Positions 41,901 through 56,900 of a stretch of DNA of 64,000 nucleotides are shown piece after piece. The notes beneath the pieces were generated by a model. It was not told where the DNA came from. It saw only the letters and a program-made list of their open reading frames with translations, and searched no databases. Source of the stretch: Bugula neritina (lineage: Eukaryota > Animalia > Bryozoa). The stretch's first letter is position 1. Each line of letters starts with the position of its first letter. The stretch is from positions 3,359,680-3,423,679 of the forward strand of contig OZ037767.1 of the NCBI GenBank assembly GCA_964035545.1, written 5' to 3'. Made by a program: the position numbers and the translations under genes.

Positions 41901-44900
41901 AAAGGTAAAAATAGATCTTTAAATTTATTATCTTCTAATGATTTAGAAACCTTTTATTAAACTAGCAAAATCAATAGTGTAAACTAGTTTCTAAGAATTG
42001 ACAATTGTTTTCATCCAGTAATAAAAGTAGGAAGTTGGAAAATTGTGACCAATATTCAATAGTGATTCACTTTGATCAGAATGAGCAATTGAAAGCAGCC
42101 TTCTTTTTACTAGTTTGTTCCTAAGAATTACTAACAAGTTGGCAATAGTACCAAAAGGAAATAAACATTCTGTTCACACCTATATAAGTAAATATACTGG
42201 CAACACATACCTGCTATACACAAGTAGTTATCTGATCAGACTGATCAACAAGGTGGCAGGACGAATATACTTATCAAACATGGCTGAACCGAATTCTATG
42301 AGTGATGAAGCTTTACACGCTCTCTATGGCTGCAGCAGAAACAAAGAGGATCTCGTCTCAGCAGACGGCGATGAGGATTCTACTCAATGGTGCCATCATG
42401 GAGTACGGATTGTTTCAAGTCGAACTTATGAAGCTTACCTGCGCAAGCATCCTAATATCAAATGTCTAAACTGTGTGAAAATCTTTAGTCCTGCCGAGAA
42501 ATCTTTACCAGCTGATGAAACCCAAAGACATTGGCCTCAAAGTCATGGAGACGAAACACAGTTAGGTTTGTGTGACAAGGAATCTAAAAATACAGATATT
42601 ACTGTTGATTCGCATGGTGAGAGTTTTGACAAGTTTGAACTAGAATCTCCAACCAATCAGGCTCGTACTTCAGCTACCGACAACGTAAAACTGTCAAAAA
42701 ACATTTCACACAAACAGAAGCCTTTTCCTGGAGAATCAAGAGTTCACGAGAAGAAAAGAGATGGTGTGGGACACTTGCGATACGACAAGACACCTTTACC
42801 AAAGGATAAACATTTTATCTGGCCAACATCTACTCCCTAAATCTTACTCAAAAATCATACTAAACTTAAAATACTGACACCTTTACTGGACATCAAGTAA
42901 CAAATTCTTGGCAACTTAATTCTATATTTGTATCTCAAACACTTTGATATCTGGTTGGCCATCTAAAGCTACAAGTGTTATTTATTGTTGTACATGTATA
43001 ACCTTTTGAATGAGCATCATAGTCATACATTGAATATTGTTTAATAAAGATGAATTTTTGCAATTTTAATAGTCTTTCTGCAACCACCATGTATTGTTAC
43101 GCTTTTGGTGAGTAATGTCTTACAACAGGAAATGAACCCATTTCTTTTCAATAGTGTAAGATGCACACGGCAGAACATTGTGTCATACACCCTAATTAGT
43201 ACAACCAGCATCAGCATTACTAATTGCATCATTATGATGTCATAGTATTATAATATCCAGTTTCACATAAGCATCACATGCATCTATACAGGGTTGTTCA
43301 GCATGTTAGTGGTTTTGGGGCACTAAAACCACTTAACTCATTGACTTGAAACATTGCATATTGAGTAATAGTACACAGGCATTCAATACTATGATGGGGG
43401 GGGGGGGAGACATGGGAGGGGGGTAAGCAATATACAAAAGCTGTGATAACATTATAGTGTCCCTATAGCATCAGCTTTCCCCTGTTGGCCAAGGAATTTA
43501 TCACTTGTATGGAAAGGTATTGTCACTTTCTTTTGACATTCTTAATTGATTATTTTGTATAAACTATTGTTGAATTTTGCCAGCTTACTTTCACGCTGTT
43601 AGAGGATTTTGAAATGATGCATTTGTACATGAATATATTTTGCGTAGTTTTGAATAGTTTCATATACCAACTCTTTATAGAGGGACCCCCACAAAAGCCC
43701 CCACCTCGAGGTGTAGCTGGTCTGTTACACAGACTATCCATGAGGCAAATGTCGTCAATGTACCAGAGGAAAGAGAATATTCAAGCTCCATCAGAGTTGG
43801 CCGACGAAGAAGAGGTGCTTTTGTAAGTATAGCAGTTGGTAATATAATATAATGTAATATGATATAATATTATCATAATATGATATAATGCAGTACAATA
43901 TATTATAATTTAATTATTATATAATCAAATTATATAATAATTAAATAATATAATTGAATAATATAATGCAACATAGTCAAATTATATTGTTATGTAACTT
44001 AGTATAATATTGTAATATAAAATAACATAGTAATATAATAGAATATAGGATAACATAATATAAAATAATGTTATATACCTGTCGAAATAATTATTAGAAA
44101 ATTGTCATGCATTTTTCTGCAATGAAACCTTCCACTTATATCTCATAAAATCTGTACTTGGTAAAGTTTACCCTGAGCTTCCAGTCACTGAGTATTAAAC
44201 CTTGTTTGATTTTAGGGACGGCTAGTTTTTGCAGACTGAATGATTGTATATAAGCTGGTAGCTTTTAATAAACAACTTTGTACTTATCATTAGCTGAACT
44301 TAAAGCTTTTGCATGTTTAGTTATATGTATATATTATATTCATAAGCAATAAACAAGCACCTGCTATGCTACTCACTTGTATGCATATATTACATACCAT
44401 GAGTAATAACCAAGCACCTGTTATGCTAATGTCATCTACTGCCAGCAATGTTATAGCATTGCATTGCAGTTGTAAACGTATTTCGTAGTACTATGAAATA
44501 TGTAGCATTGCAGACATAGCACGCATAGACATTTGATACACCTTTATACTATTATTATACTATATTATGTAATTATTATTGTCTATAGGCTTGGAATATA
44601 ACATTATACAATACTTGCAGAGATGGAGATGAAATGTGGGACCAGTTCGAGTCTATCCCCGATGATGACGGAGATGAGAGAAGTGGAGAATACTGCTTCG
44701 AAGTGATGACTAAAGTGCTAAAAGTGTTTATGTATTTCGTCTTCTTTATCATTATACTGGGTGGGATACTGGTGTGCAAGGCTTGCGTAGTGGTGCTGAC
44801 TCATCAATACCAGAAAGCTGAGGTATAACAACGTAATATAATATAATATAATACAATGTAATATAATACAATATAATATAATACAATATAATACAATATA

Positions 44901-47900
44901 ATACAATATAATATAATATAATATAATATAACATAAAATAATATAATACAATATAACATAATATAATATAATACAATACAATATAATACAATATAATACA
45001 TTACAATAAAATAGAATGTAATACAATATAATATAATACAATGAAGTGTAGTATAATATAATGCAATGTAGTATAGTGCAATGTAATTCAGTGCAATATG
45101 ATGTAATATAATATAGTAAAATGTAGGCTAATAAATACTATGATATAGTGTAACATAGTGTGGTATTATATACAGTAATTAGCCTACATTGCAATATGAT
45201 ACACATTCAATCAAAAGATACTTGAATTTGTAAATAGAGTATTAATAACTATTATAATATAAATCAACATGCAATAACGTAAAGTGTTGCAGTATTTATT
45301 ATAATTTGCAATCAAATTAAAATGAAATATAAAATTATGCAGAGTATACACACACATTCTGTGTAGAACCTTATTTCCTGTAAGGTTCGTGACTTGACTC
45401 ATCACAGGGTGCATAAATTAGCTGCCTAATCTGAATACTTGTTCACCAGGATGTGATACCTCATGTTGCAGGACCAGGGTGAGATGCAAGTGATGTCCAT
45501 GTGGCTTTACCTTTGTCTCTTCGCTGCCTCTATCCCCTACTTCATCACATTTCTACAGACCGGCATCAAAATCATATTCGGCTCCCATCCAAACCCTTCC
45601 ATCCTTACACTTATTTGGGTAAGAAACCAGGCTAGAATTGTCTCTTTATGTAGCCATAGTGTTAAACATACAATACTTTTCCTTAGCTATGCAAATTACC
45701 ACACAGAGTTTTCCTATATGATGTATTGAGACACATTTTTAGGGGTTATAAATGTGTTTCTATTTTTAGAATGTACTTATGGAATCTATACACACCCTTG
45801 GCCTGGCCCTGATGATCATACGAGTTCTACCACAGTTAGATGTGATTCGCTGTATACTAGTGATGTGCGGGGTGGGGGTGGTGCCCTCCCTACTCAATGT
45901 GATTTTTGGTTTGAGGCCTCGTCATAATACTTTGAAGAAGACTGGATTCATCATCCTTGACATTATTGCAGTTCTGTTCCAGATGTCAGCCATTGCGTTT
46001 GTAATCCTCGTTGACTTCGACTCAAGTCAAGGTAAAACTTATTGACCAAAACTAAATCTTAACGTAATGACCTCTAAAAACCCTTAAAACAATTTTGCAA
46101 ACTGATTCTGCAAGCACTGCTAAAAATACTAATGCCAGCATAATATGGTGGTTCTACATATGGTATATTTTAATACATATTATGATTAATATTCTGTTAT
46201 AAACTGTAAAATTTGGCATGTTTTTATATTATAATGTATTATATGATATGGCATTATATTATACTATATGTTATATTGTAGTCTATTGATAGCTATAAAA
46301 TGAATTTGATGCTTTAGTCTTTGTTATATTGTATATTATATTACAATTAAAAAGTTTCTGATAACCATGCATGATTTCTTTATATGATAATGGGGTGTAA
46401 AAGCTAAGCCGTTCTTTAGACTTTTGCTATTTCAGCTTTTATCTTCTTTACAAAAGAGTTTCCAGCTTTCTAATGAATTTTTTTTTATATTTCAGGTGGA
46501 ATCCAAATTGCCACAACACTGAAATGGGAAACAGCTGTATCTCTAGCGTGTATTGGGTTTTCTTGGAGAGAGAATTTTTACAATGCCAACCTTACCTGTG
46601 GTGCTGCCACTATCAATGTCAATAAGATAAAGCGTCATCTGTATGCTGCACAGGCTAAACTCTACTTCATCCTGTCTTTTGTTAAGGTAAACACACGAGT
46701 AACCTAGATTTGCTTCTCTGTAGTTAGAAGATACTGTTCATGTTTGTAATAGGAAACATTCAAAAATTATTTTAAGGTATTTCAAGTGATTGATGTTCAA
46801 AAAAATTATTTATAATTTTAGACAGTTTTAGGTTAGATTAAAATTTATGTCTATGCAACATCTGCAAGTAATTATATTATAATGGATTGTCAGATTACTA
46901 ACACCATCAAGACAGAGTGGTTTTTAGTTTCATGGTCTTTCTTTCATTCCCTGTTATATCCATATATATTTTAGTGTGGGCTGTTGTTTGGTCTAGCCTT
47001 TGTTTTTCAACCCAATCTCACTTCTTTTGAGGAGGCTTTCAGCTTGGGCAGATATTCTAACAGTTCCATCACAGCTGTTCAATCTACCATCAGCAGTACT
47101 GTGGTACGTAGATAACGCACTGGAACTATTCCCTAATAGTGTATGAATTACTAAAGGTGATGTTTAAGCAGCTTGTATTTAGGTTTTCTGTGTATAGCAG
47201 CTGTTTTTACAAATTTAAGTTACTAATTACACAAAAGCTATAGCTTATTATAGCTAGTAGCTTAACCCTTTTATACATGAATTTTTTATGACTCACTTGG
47301 TATACTATATAAGTGGTGTCCACATATGAAAGGGTAATGTGGTGTTTTCTGTAGAACGGGACAACTCTAAACTCAACCTGCCAGAACTACAGTATAGGGC
47401 ACCTGACTACAGCTGTCGAGTACTTACCTTTCATCCTATTGGTTATCATACCCCTAATCGTCTTCTATATCAGTATTCAAGCAGCTCAGCTCAAAATGCA
47501 AGAGGTAAGTAGCTGAGCATGCGAGATGTAGTCTGAGAACAAGTGATTTTCTATAAGAGAGAAAGATGTAGTTGATACAGAGAACAATAATTGTGTGCTG
47601 TACTAAGATCTAAATGATTGAGCACATAGCTTATTATGTCATTCAGAAAAGGAAAACTTATGTAGAATGTATCAACAGTAATAATAAAGCTGCATATATA
47701 TTGTAGTCTGTAGATCTATTGTCTCAGCATTGTATCTAAACTGGTGAGCTTGTACACCATTTGCTGTCTTTGTTTATCTAAAAGACACTGGAAGGAAATT
47801 TAAGTTTATCATTTTGAGTTAAACTATGATGAACTAAAGAAGTTTACTGTCTATTCTTCCAGGGTACCTTTGCTCTAGCCACCACTTTCGTTACACCCAT

Positions 47901-50900
47901 TGCTCTTGGAATAGCCATTGGCTTCGAGTTTTTGAACACTAATTCTGGAGGTTCCTTCTGCTATCTTAGTTTTTACGGTTCAGACAGCTTCGGTGATGAT
48001 AGGTTCATACTACTGCTAGCTGTAGGGGTGGCAGCTTGGTGGCTCAGTCAGATGTGGCTATGTCGTCATATCTGGGTTCCCAAGAACTTACGTCTGGAAA
48101 GAGTACAGGGGTATGTGTGAAAATGTACTGATGACTAAATTTTATCAGCAAAATATTTAACACAGTATAACATGGAGTTGTAAGATTTAGTTATGAGTGA
48201 CAAACTTTTACAATGATAATTCTATATCATCCTATGTTCTATAATCAGTTTAAAATGATTCTTTTGGTGTGAAAGATGGGTAAATATTATAAAACTGTTT
48301 TGATTGTTTCATAGATAGTTGATAAGTTGAGTGATTGTCATGCAGGAATAACATAATATAATGATTGAAGGAAATCCGACCAATCATGTCATCTATAAGA
48401 ACATGTTATTGTAGGTTGTTTGTGCAGCCAATGTATGACAGCGTTTTATTGGAACAGTCTATGATCTATAACAGAAGAAAAGATGAGTTTAACCTCAGAG
48501 ATAGGCTAGCTATCATCGACCAGGAGGAAGAGCGAAATATACTTCCCGATGAAGGTGTGTTTGTGGGTCGTGTTTGTGTTTGTGTGTTTGTGCCTGATGG
48601 TGTGCTGTTGTGTGGTGTAAGTGTAGTGTGTATGTAGTGTGTGCCACCTTTTTGTCTATTTGCATGTTTGTCTGTCTTTCTGTTTTACCTTAAAACAAAA
48701 TGCTTACTAGCTATTGCCACTCTTATATTTTAGTTGTAAAGGACAGCACCACTCCTATGGTGTACATCTGTGCTACAATGTGGCATGAAAACCTAAATGA
48801 GATGCTGCAAATGTTGAAATCTATATTCAGGTAATTTTCTTTTAGCTTTGTTAGAGCTTCTATTCTGTAAATAATTAAATCACATTTTATAAAATCTTTA
48901 TTTATTTATGTAATTCATCAATAAAACCGCTACTCCGAACTTGTTGTACAAAAGTTTAATATTAGATATTGTATGTGCATGAAGCGTGGTGACACATAGG
49001 CTATTTTTGTTTGACTGTTTTTACAAATGAACCTCTCCTTCTGATTGGTGGAAAACTTCTTTTTATCCGTTTGTGTTTTAAAGTTAATTATTCCGAGGTA
49101 ATAGTTTCTGAATAATTAATGACACCCTCCAACTGTTGCAACACCAGATGATCACTTGGAGTTGTGCTGGTAAAGGGTAAATTATGAAGCCATGGCTATA
49201 AATAATATTTGACGGACCAGTGAACCAATCATATGCCATGATATGCTATGGCAATACACCCATTATATGATGTGCCAGCTCTACTCGCAATAACATGATT
49301 TCAAAATGACTCATTGTTTATACTTCATAGTTGGCTGGTTACAACGATTATGTGGTAAAAGTATTGAACATATGGTTCGATTGGTGGTGAAATTTACCTT
49401 CTTTGTATTTATTAGCTGATTTCTGATGTTGCAAATTTTTCAAAACTGAGTGAAGCTAATTTAGACGTGTAGAATTTGGCAGAAAGAAATTCCTTAGTTA
49501 GAAAATGAAGCAATAATGAGTGATGGTGGATGATGCTTCAGAATTTTTCCACTTTAGCATGATTGGGTTCTTTTTTTTGAAATCAACAATATCGTCTTTC
49601 ACCTCAAACCACGAGGTACTATGAATGCCAAAGGTGCTGAAGATATGCACTATAATATTTCCAGCTGTTTTTAATGATTAAGTGTATTCCCTGTAGGTTG
49701 GACGAAGACCAGGCTGCCAGACGCCATGTTGGTGAACTTTTAGAAGCCACTAGAGGTCAGAAGTTGAAAGATCCAGATTACTATGAGTTTGAGGCTCACA
49801 TTATGTTTGATGACGCGTTTACTTTCAACGACAATGATGATGCCACTATCAACAACTTTGTTATACAATTAGTTGAGACAGTGAATAGGTAAGTTAGGCT
49901 GTAGTTGCAAAAGAAAATTATCTACCTGTAGTTAATTTTCTTTTCTAGCTCAAGATTTTTAGTTGCATTTAGTTACTCAAGTTATCAGACTGACAACTTT
50001 CTATGATAAAATTGTTTTCTAGAATTTAAGCTATGCCCAAACCACTGGTATTGAAAGTCTACAATGAGGAAATTAGAAATTTTTGTTTGTATCCTTTTCT
50101 CAGAGATGGTAGAGTTTCCTAGCATAGCTGAGTCATATCTAATTCATATTGAGTAGTCAGAACAATTTGCAATTTTAATTAAACCACTGCTATTTAATCT
50201 CCTAAAATAATAAAATTCCCTGTACAAATGACATTAGTAGTCTTTGATATTAATAGCTAGCTAACACCCTCTAGTTAGTGTTATTATTCTGAATAAGGTT
50301 GAATTGTATAAAATGGAAGCAATGCAAACACCTATGTATTTTTTGCTAATTGGTCAACATCGATGTAGTGGTAGTTTTGGTTTTACCATAGAATTACATG
50401 ATATTGAATAAAACATATCATATGTATACAGTAGATGCAAGCTGCTAAACCTCAAGGCTACATATTTATAGTTACCAATTTCAAACAGTCTGGGTCTGGG
50501 TGTAGTGTTTAGCGTTGATATTCTATTGCAGCTCGGCCAGCTCCATATACAACAGGATAGTTGAACTTGACCCTCCGGTGAAGATACCCACACCATACGG
50601 AGGGAGACTGGAGTGGACTATGCCCGGCGACAACAAGATTATTGCTCATCTCAAAGACAAGAACAAGATCCGACACAGAAAGAGATGGTCTCAGGTTGGT
50701 TGGTGTAATTTATATGTGTATGTTGAGGTGGATTTAACAGATGATCTGTTGAAGTCAAACTCGAAGAATAGCACTAATGGTTTTTAAGGTATCTTAATTA
50801 GTAAAGGTTTGTATCATAAGTAGATCTACTAGTATCTAGTATATAACTACTACTTCTGAAAAGAAGTGGAGCGTGCAGAAATAGATTTTATTCTCCACTG

Positions 50901-53900
50901 TATACGTAGCTGTAGCATATGACTAAGCTTTAACCCTCTCTTCCAAGTAGATTACCGAGGATTAACTCGGGAAGAAATTGATAGCTTCCTTTAATGTCTC
51001 TTCTTAAGAGACTGCAATTAATCTCATAAATGTGTATGTGGAAGAAAAAAGCATGTTATTCACCCACTTTGCTTAAGATAGCCATTACATTTAGTAGTAG
51101 TAGAAAAATTCAGAACTGAAACAGATAGACTTGCTTCAACTTGGCAAAATATTTATATATCAACATCATTGTCATCATTGTTGGCCTGTATTATGTATGT
51201 GATATATCTCTAATCATCATTTGTAGATTATGTACATGTATTACCTTCTGGGGTACAAGTTAGTTGGTAACATCACAGACTTTAATGGCACCATAAGTTC
51301 TCGAGATAGCTCATACACTACCGACACAAACAAGACTAAAGGTAGCACTTCCTTCCAGTCCAATTTCTTAATTAAGAGATAAAATTTGAATCATGAGAAT
51401 ATGTTCATTAATCAAACTATAAATTTTGAATTCCTTTCCATCTTTCAGGTTTGAAGAAGACAACTCGTGCCGAGCACTTTGCCAAAGCCAAGATATTTGA
51501 TGACCTTCCGGAGAAGACAATTCTTAAAGCTGAAAACACGTTCTGTATGGCTCTTGACGGTGATGTAGACTTTAAGCCTAATGCTGTGCAACTGCTTATA
51601 GATAGACTGAGGAGAAACAAAAAAGTTGGAGTTGTCTGTGGCCGTATCCACCCTATTGGATCAGGTAACAGCTAAGGCTTTTTATGAAATTTGGAGACAA
51701 TAAACAACAGCATAATGAAATTTGAAATAATATGTTTTTATTTATAGAAACTGAGTTAAATGCAACATGTCACTTATTTAGTAATACAGTGCATTTATAT
51801 GATTTTATAGGCATTTGTTCAGAGATAGCAAAGTTCTATAAACTTGCTTGTTCTTTTTATATTAAGCAATATTTACCATCACTGGCTAAAAATACACTAT
51901 GTGGGATAAGTTCTGGCACATGACTTGGCCTGAAGGAATACTTATAGCTTATAAGTTTTTTTTAATAGAAACCATTACCCAGTAGCATACACGTATCAAC
52001 TTTTCTATGTGAAGCTTTGAATAATAAGACACCATCTAGCCATAGTCAACTTCCTTTCATGAATAGCATATCTATGACCATGTTGTCATGTAGGTCCTAT
52101 GGTATGGTACCAGAGATTTGAGTACGCCATTTCTCATTGGCTGCAGAAGGCAGCTGAACACGTGCTCGGTTGTGTACTTTGTGCTCCAGGAGCTTTCTCG
52201 CTGTTCAGAGGATCAGCGTTGATGGATGACAACGTGATGAACACCTACTCTAAGCTAGTGAGTCTGAGTTACATACATATGTTGAATAGTATAGTGTAAA
52301 ATATATGATGTAAATCAAAGGAGCAGCCGTGGTCTAGAGCTTAGAGCGTTTACTTAGTAATCACGAAGTGAAGTCAAGGGCTCGAACCTAACAAAGGCCA
52401 TTGGTGATGTTGCGAAGCGCATCCAATCACAATTGCTCCTGTTCGCTATTTGAATAAGTCTTTAGCCGATTTATCAAAAACCTCTTACATCAGGGGTTTT
52501 CTCACAGGGATGATGACTATAAACTTGCTTGAGTTTTTCTGTCATGCAAATCAAAGATGCACTGTTATCTAGCCTCACATATATTATATACATAGCATCC
52601 ATTACCATACAAACTACTATCTTATAATATAGTTTAATATATTATACTTGGTGATAATATACTATAGTGCAATGCATGTATTGTAGGCTACAGAAGCTAA
52701 ACATTTTGTTCAGTATGACCAAGGAGAGGACAGATGGCTCTGTACACTACTCTTACAGCAGGTTGGCTCTAGCCTCTCATTATAACAACTTCTCTTGTCA
52801 TAATAGCATGGTATCACTCATCACAGTATAGTTTCTCTTGCCACGATAATATAGTATCTCTTGTGACGACATAATATTTTTCCTTGACAATATAGTCGCT
52901 CTGTGTCACCATGCAGTCACTTTTATTACGGTATCGTTTTTCTCACTGTGTGAATTCTTTCGCCATGATGTATTCTATCTTGTCACAACCATAATATAAC
53001 TTCTGTTAAATTATTATTCTATCTGAGATATTTATAGTTGAAACATGTTTCAATGATATGGTGAAAAAAAGATCGGCTAATGTACCAATATCTCTCGAAA
53101 TGTTTTAACATGGAGTATGACAAACTTAGTTGCTATTGCTTGCTTACAACATAATTAGTCTGTCTGTCCACTATGGAAATGCATCCTTGTCTATTGCATA
53201 TCTGTCTTTTTGTCTACTATATGTCTGTCTGTTTGTCTACTATATGTCTGTCTGTTTGTATCCAGGGTTACCGTGTAGAGTATGTGGCTGCAGCCGACGC
53301 CTTGACTTACGCACCAGAAAGTTTCCACGAGTTCTTCAATCAACGTCGTCGCTGGGGACCCTCGACTATGGCCAACATCCTTGACCTGCTTTTCTCCTGG
53401 AAGAGAACCGTTAAACTGAATGACAACATCTCCAGACTCTACATGTTCTACCAGGCGCTCATCTTCTGCTCTTCCATACTCGGACCAGCTACAATAGTAC
53501 TCATGTTGACTGGAGCTTTCAACAATGTGAGTAGCTTTTGTTCCCATTTTTTCCCACTAAACTTATGCTAAAGATCTCTGCATCACTAGCTTGAAAAAAA
53601 GTTTCAGTTTCTTGAGCTCATACTATGGTCTCAACTTATTTGGAAATTAACCTTACAATCTAACGTATGAAAAATAATTATTTAGTTCATATTTGGTATG
53701 ACATTTCCAAGAGAATTCCGTAATAAATAGAAACTAAGGAAAGGTACGCTTTCACATGATAAAGTGCTGATTTGGTTGACCAACAGCATACATGTTTGTC
53801 ATCAAAGTAAACTTATGATATGATCATACACTTGAACACACTGATAGGTAAGCACTTAGTACAGCCAGAATGAATAATTTTATTAATGCAATGCATGCAA

Positions 53901-56900
53901 ATTTCATCTTTATGATTAGGTCTGCAACCATTAATAGATGATGATGTCATGGGCTATTAGGTACACATGCAGTGTACCGTATCAGTAATAATTTTTTCCC
54001 AACCAAGGTCTACTTGTTATCACACAGTTATTATGGTAAAGGTTCTAGCTAAGACTTCGTATTCCATCGTTCATCAGGTCATAATGATCTCGCAAACTAG
54101 CATGCTGTCATTGAGTGCTAAGCAGGCATAATTTTGGAGTCCACCAGTCTAGTCTATACTAGTGAACTGGTGGGCGAGAAGAAGTTGAAAATTTGTCTTT
54201 TTATAATCATTTATTATGCAAATTGCTCTCTCTGAGGCCTAAAAGGTCAACACATTGATTATGCATCTGTACTTCTTCCAAGCAATAAAAACAAGTCAAT
54301 TTGTAAACAAGTGTTGCCATGACAACAGTAACTCTCACAGATTTATACAACTGTAAACTAGAAGTTGGCATTTTTCTTATTTTATAGAAAAATCAAACTT
54401 TCTCTTTATCAGAGCCCTATATTTAAATAAGAGTTATTTTTCCAAAACACATGGTTTAAATACCGTGCTTTTATTTTAGGTGTTTAACCTGCCAATAGGC
54501 TGGGCATATGTGCTGGGTGTTGGACCACCAGCTATATATTTGATAATGTGTTTCCTGGTTAAAGCGGATACTCAAATCTACATAGCGTCCATTGCTACGG
54601 GAGTATATGCTATAGTTATGGTAGCTGTACTTATAGGAACTATTATAGAAATAGCCAATGATGCCGTGTTTGGACCTTCCGGTGCCTTCTTTGTCTGTAA
54701 GTCTTTACATACAACATAGAGAGCCGCAATCTCAATATTTTAATACAAGAAACTATTTTATTGTACATTCTTGATTGCTTTTCCTAACTGTTAGGATATT
54801 TAAAATAGCTCTCCGACATAGTACCTACCTTTAGCCTAGAATTATTCTGTCAGTAGCTCTGAGTTAAGGGTGACTGAACAAAAGTTTGGGGTTCTCGAGT
54901 TTAGAGTTTGAGGTTTAGGTTGGAACGTCGAGCCCCCAACTTCAAACTCGATACTCATGCAAACTGCTGCACTCAGTCACCTCCAACTCAGAGCTGCTTA
55001 CAGACAATCTCTTTAGTTCATGCTTAGCTAAAGTGATTATATATTTCTGAATAAAATGAGCTGAAGTACTTTTAACAGATTATTCGAATGCTAGTAATTA
55101 AAAAGAACTGACAATCGCTGCAATATATAATCCAGTTTGTGGCTGTCGTTGCAGTGGTGGCAGGAATTATGATCATAGCTGGTCTGCTGCATCCTCAAGA
55201 GTTCTGGGATCTTCCTTCAGGTCTCCTCTACTTCCTGACTGTTCCAAGTGGTTATCTGCTGCTGACCATATTCATGTTGACCAACATGCACAATGTGTCC
55301 TGGGGTGAGTTACACTCTTCTATCACACCACTATATTTACTAGTTGACCTAAAATATCCTTGCTTTGTATAGCAAGACGGAAAAGGCTAATTAATCATGA
55401 GCTCACAACACATTCCAATATATTTTATATATTCTTTCTCTAAATTAATTCCAATGCAAAAAGAATTGAAAAAACATTTGTATATTTCGTACAACGAAAA
55501 GATACTATAAATACAAGCTTTTATTACTATAATATAGACGAATATATGTCTTTATTACTTATGTATAACAATTAACAAAACATTTTTTCTGCAGGAACTA
55601 GAGAAGTGGCAAAACCAAAGCCCAAAACTCCAGAAGAAGGGGAGGCTGGCCCGGCTGCCACAATCATTCACATGAATAAACCAAAACCTAAGGAGAATTT
55701 CATAGTCAATTTAATTGACAGGCAGCTGGAAGAGGACTCACTGTGTAGCAAAGTGGCTCAGTTCTTCAAACAGGTGAAGACTTACGCATTGTTCAAAGTT
55801 GTCTTCTCATGAATAGAGGAACTCGTAACTCCTTAATAATGTCAAATCATATTTGGAATTCTATAAAACGCATTAATAAATGATTCAAAGGATTTCACCA
55901 AATTTGCTATGCAACTTTTAAGGTAAAAAAAAGCTTAGTAAACGAATAAAAGATTAAAAAAAAGTATATGCAAGAACTACACCAGGAAAAATAAAGACAT
56001 AACAAAAGCGCATCAAAAATATTTATTGCATAAGAAGCAAAAACAACAGTGCTTACTTTGAAAGTAGCTTTTAATATAGCTCAAGTTAAAATGATGTCAT
56101 CAAAGAAGAGTTTTTCTTTTGCAGTGCGCTGGCAGGCAGCATGATGTGGCGATATACGACATGGTGAAGAAAATGAACGACAAGCTAGAGGAAATGGAAA
56201 AAGCAGCAGCACTAGACGTCTATGACAATCAGCAGGTTTATGGTGCTGTCCAGTCTGAGATTTATGCCAAACGCTCCTCTGTACATGGTGGAGGTGGCAT
56301 ATATGGTGGCAGCATCTACGGCCGGTATGTTAAACAAAATATGTTGTATTTATTAGGTCTTTAAAGAGAAGATAACACTTAACCTGATTTGTTGCTGTTT
56401 ACATGCTTTTTAAACTAAGTGTTAGCATCAGCTTTAAACTAAGTGATTTGCCGCAGTCGTAGTTTGCTATTTAATGCAGGGTGTTATGATTTTTTTATTA
56501 TGAAAAAGTAAAAAAGTATCCTACATGTTTCAAAATCTGAAAAAAACTTTTGCTAGCGATTTGGTGAACTATGAATCTTACTTCCCTTAGCCAACATGAC
56601 CTAGAAGCTTTCAAAGCAGTATCGAATTAAAACGAATATGTCCATTCTGACATCATAAATGACCGTTATATAGCCTAACTGCTTCAGTGTACACATAAAA
56701 CGGGTGCCTCTACCCACTGCCCTGCCCACTGAGCTATGATCACACTCTAGTCATCGCACTGTTACTATATATCCTTAACAATTGTATTAATTTACCGCCT
56801 GTTTTAGAATACCCGGAGTCACCCCAGAACTACCAGAAGATGACGAGGCTATAGATCAATACTACCAAATGGTGCACCGAGATGACCTCATCAACCCTTA

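Noticed and set aside
47262-47337. piggyBac-like TTAACCCTTT...AAAGGGTAA remnant
   Set aside because: Too short and degenerate to support from this window alone.
52321-52395. tRNA gene (also 24830-24900)
   Set aside because: A/B boxes are present but there is no closed cloverleaf. The head continues into a shared body with TSDs, so it is a SINE.
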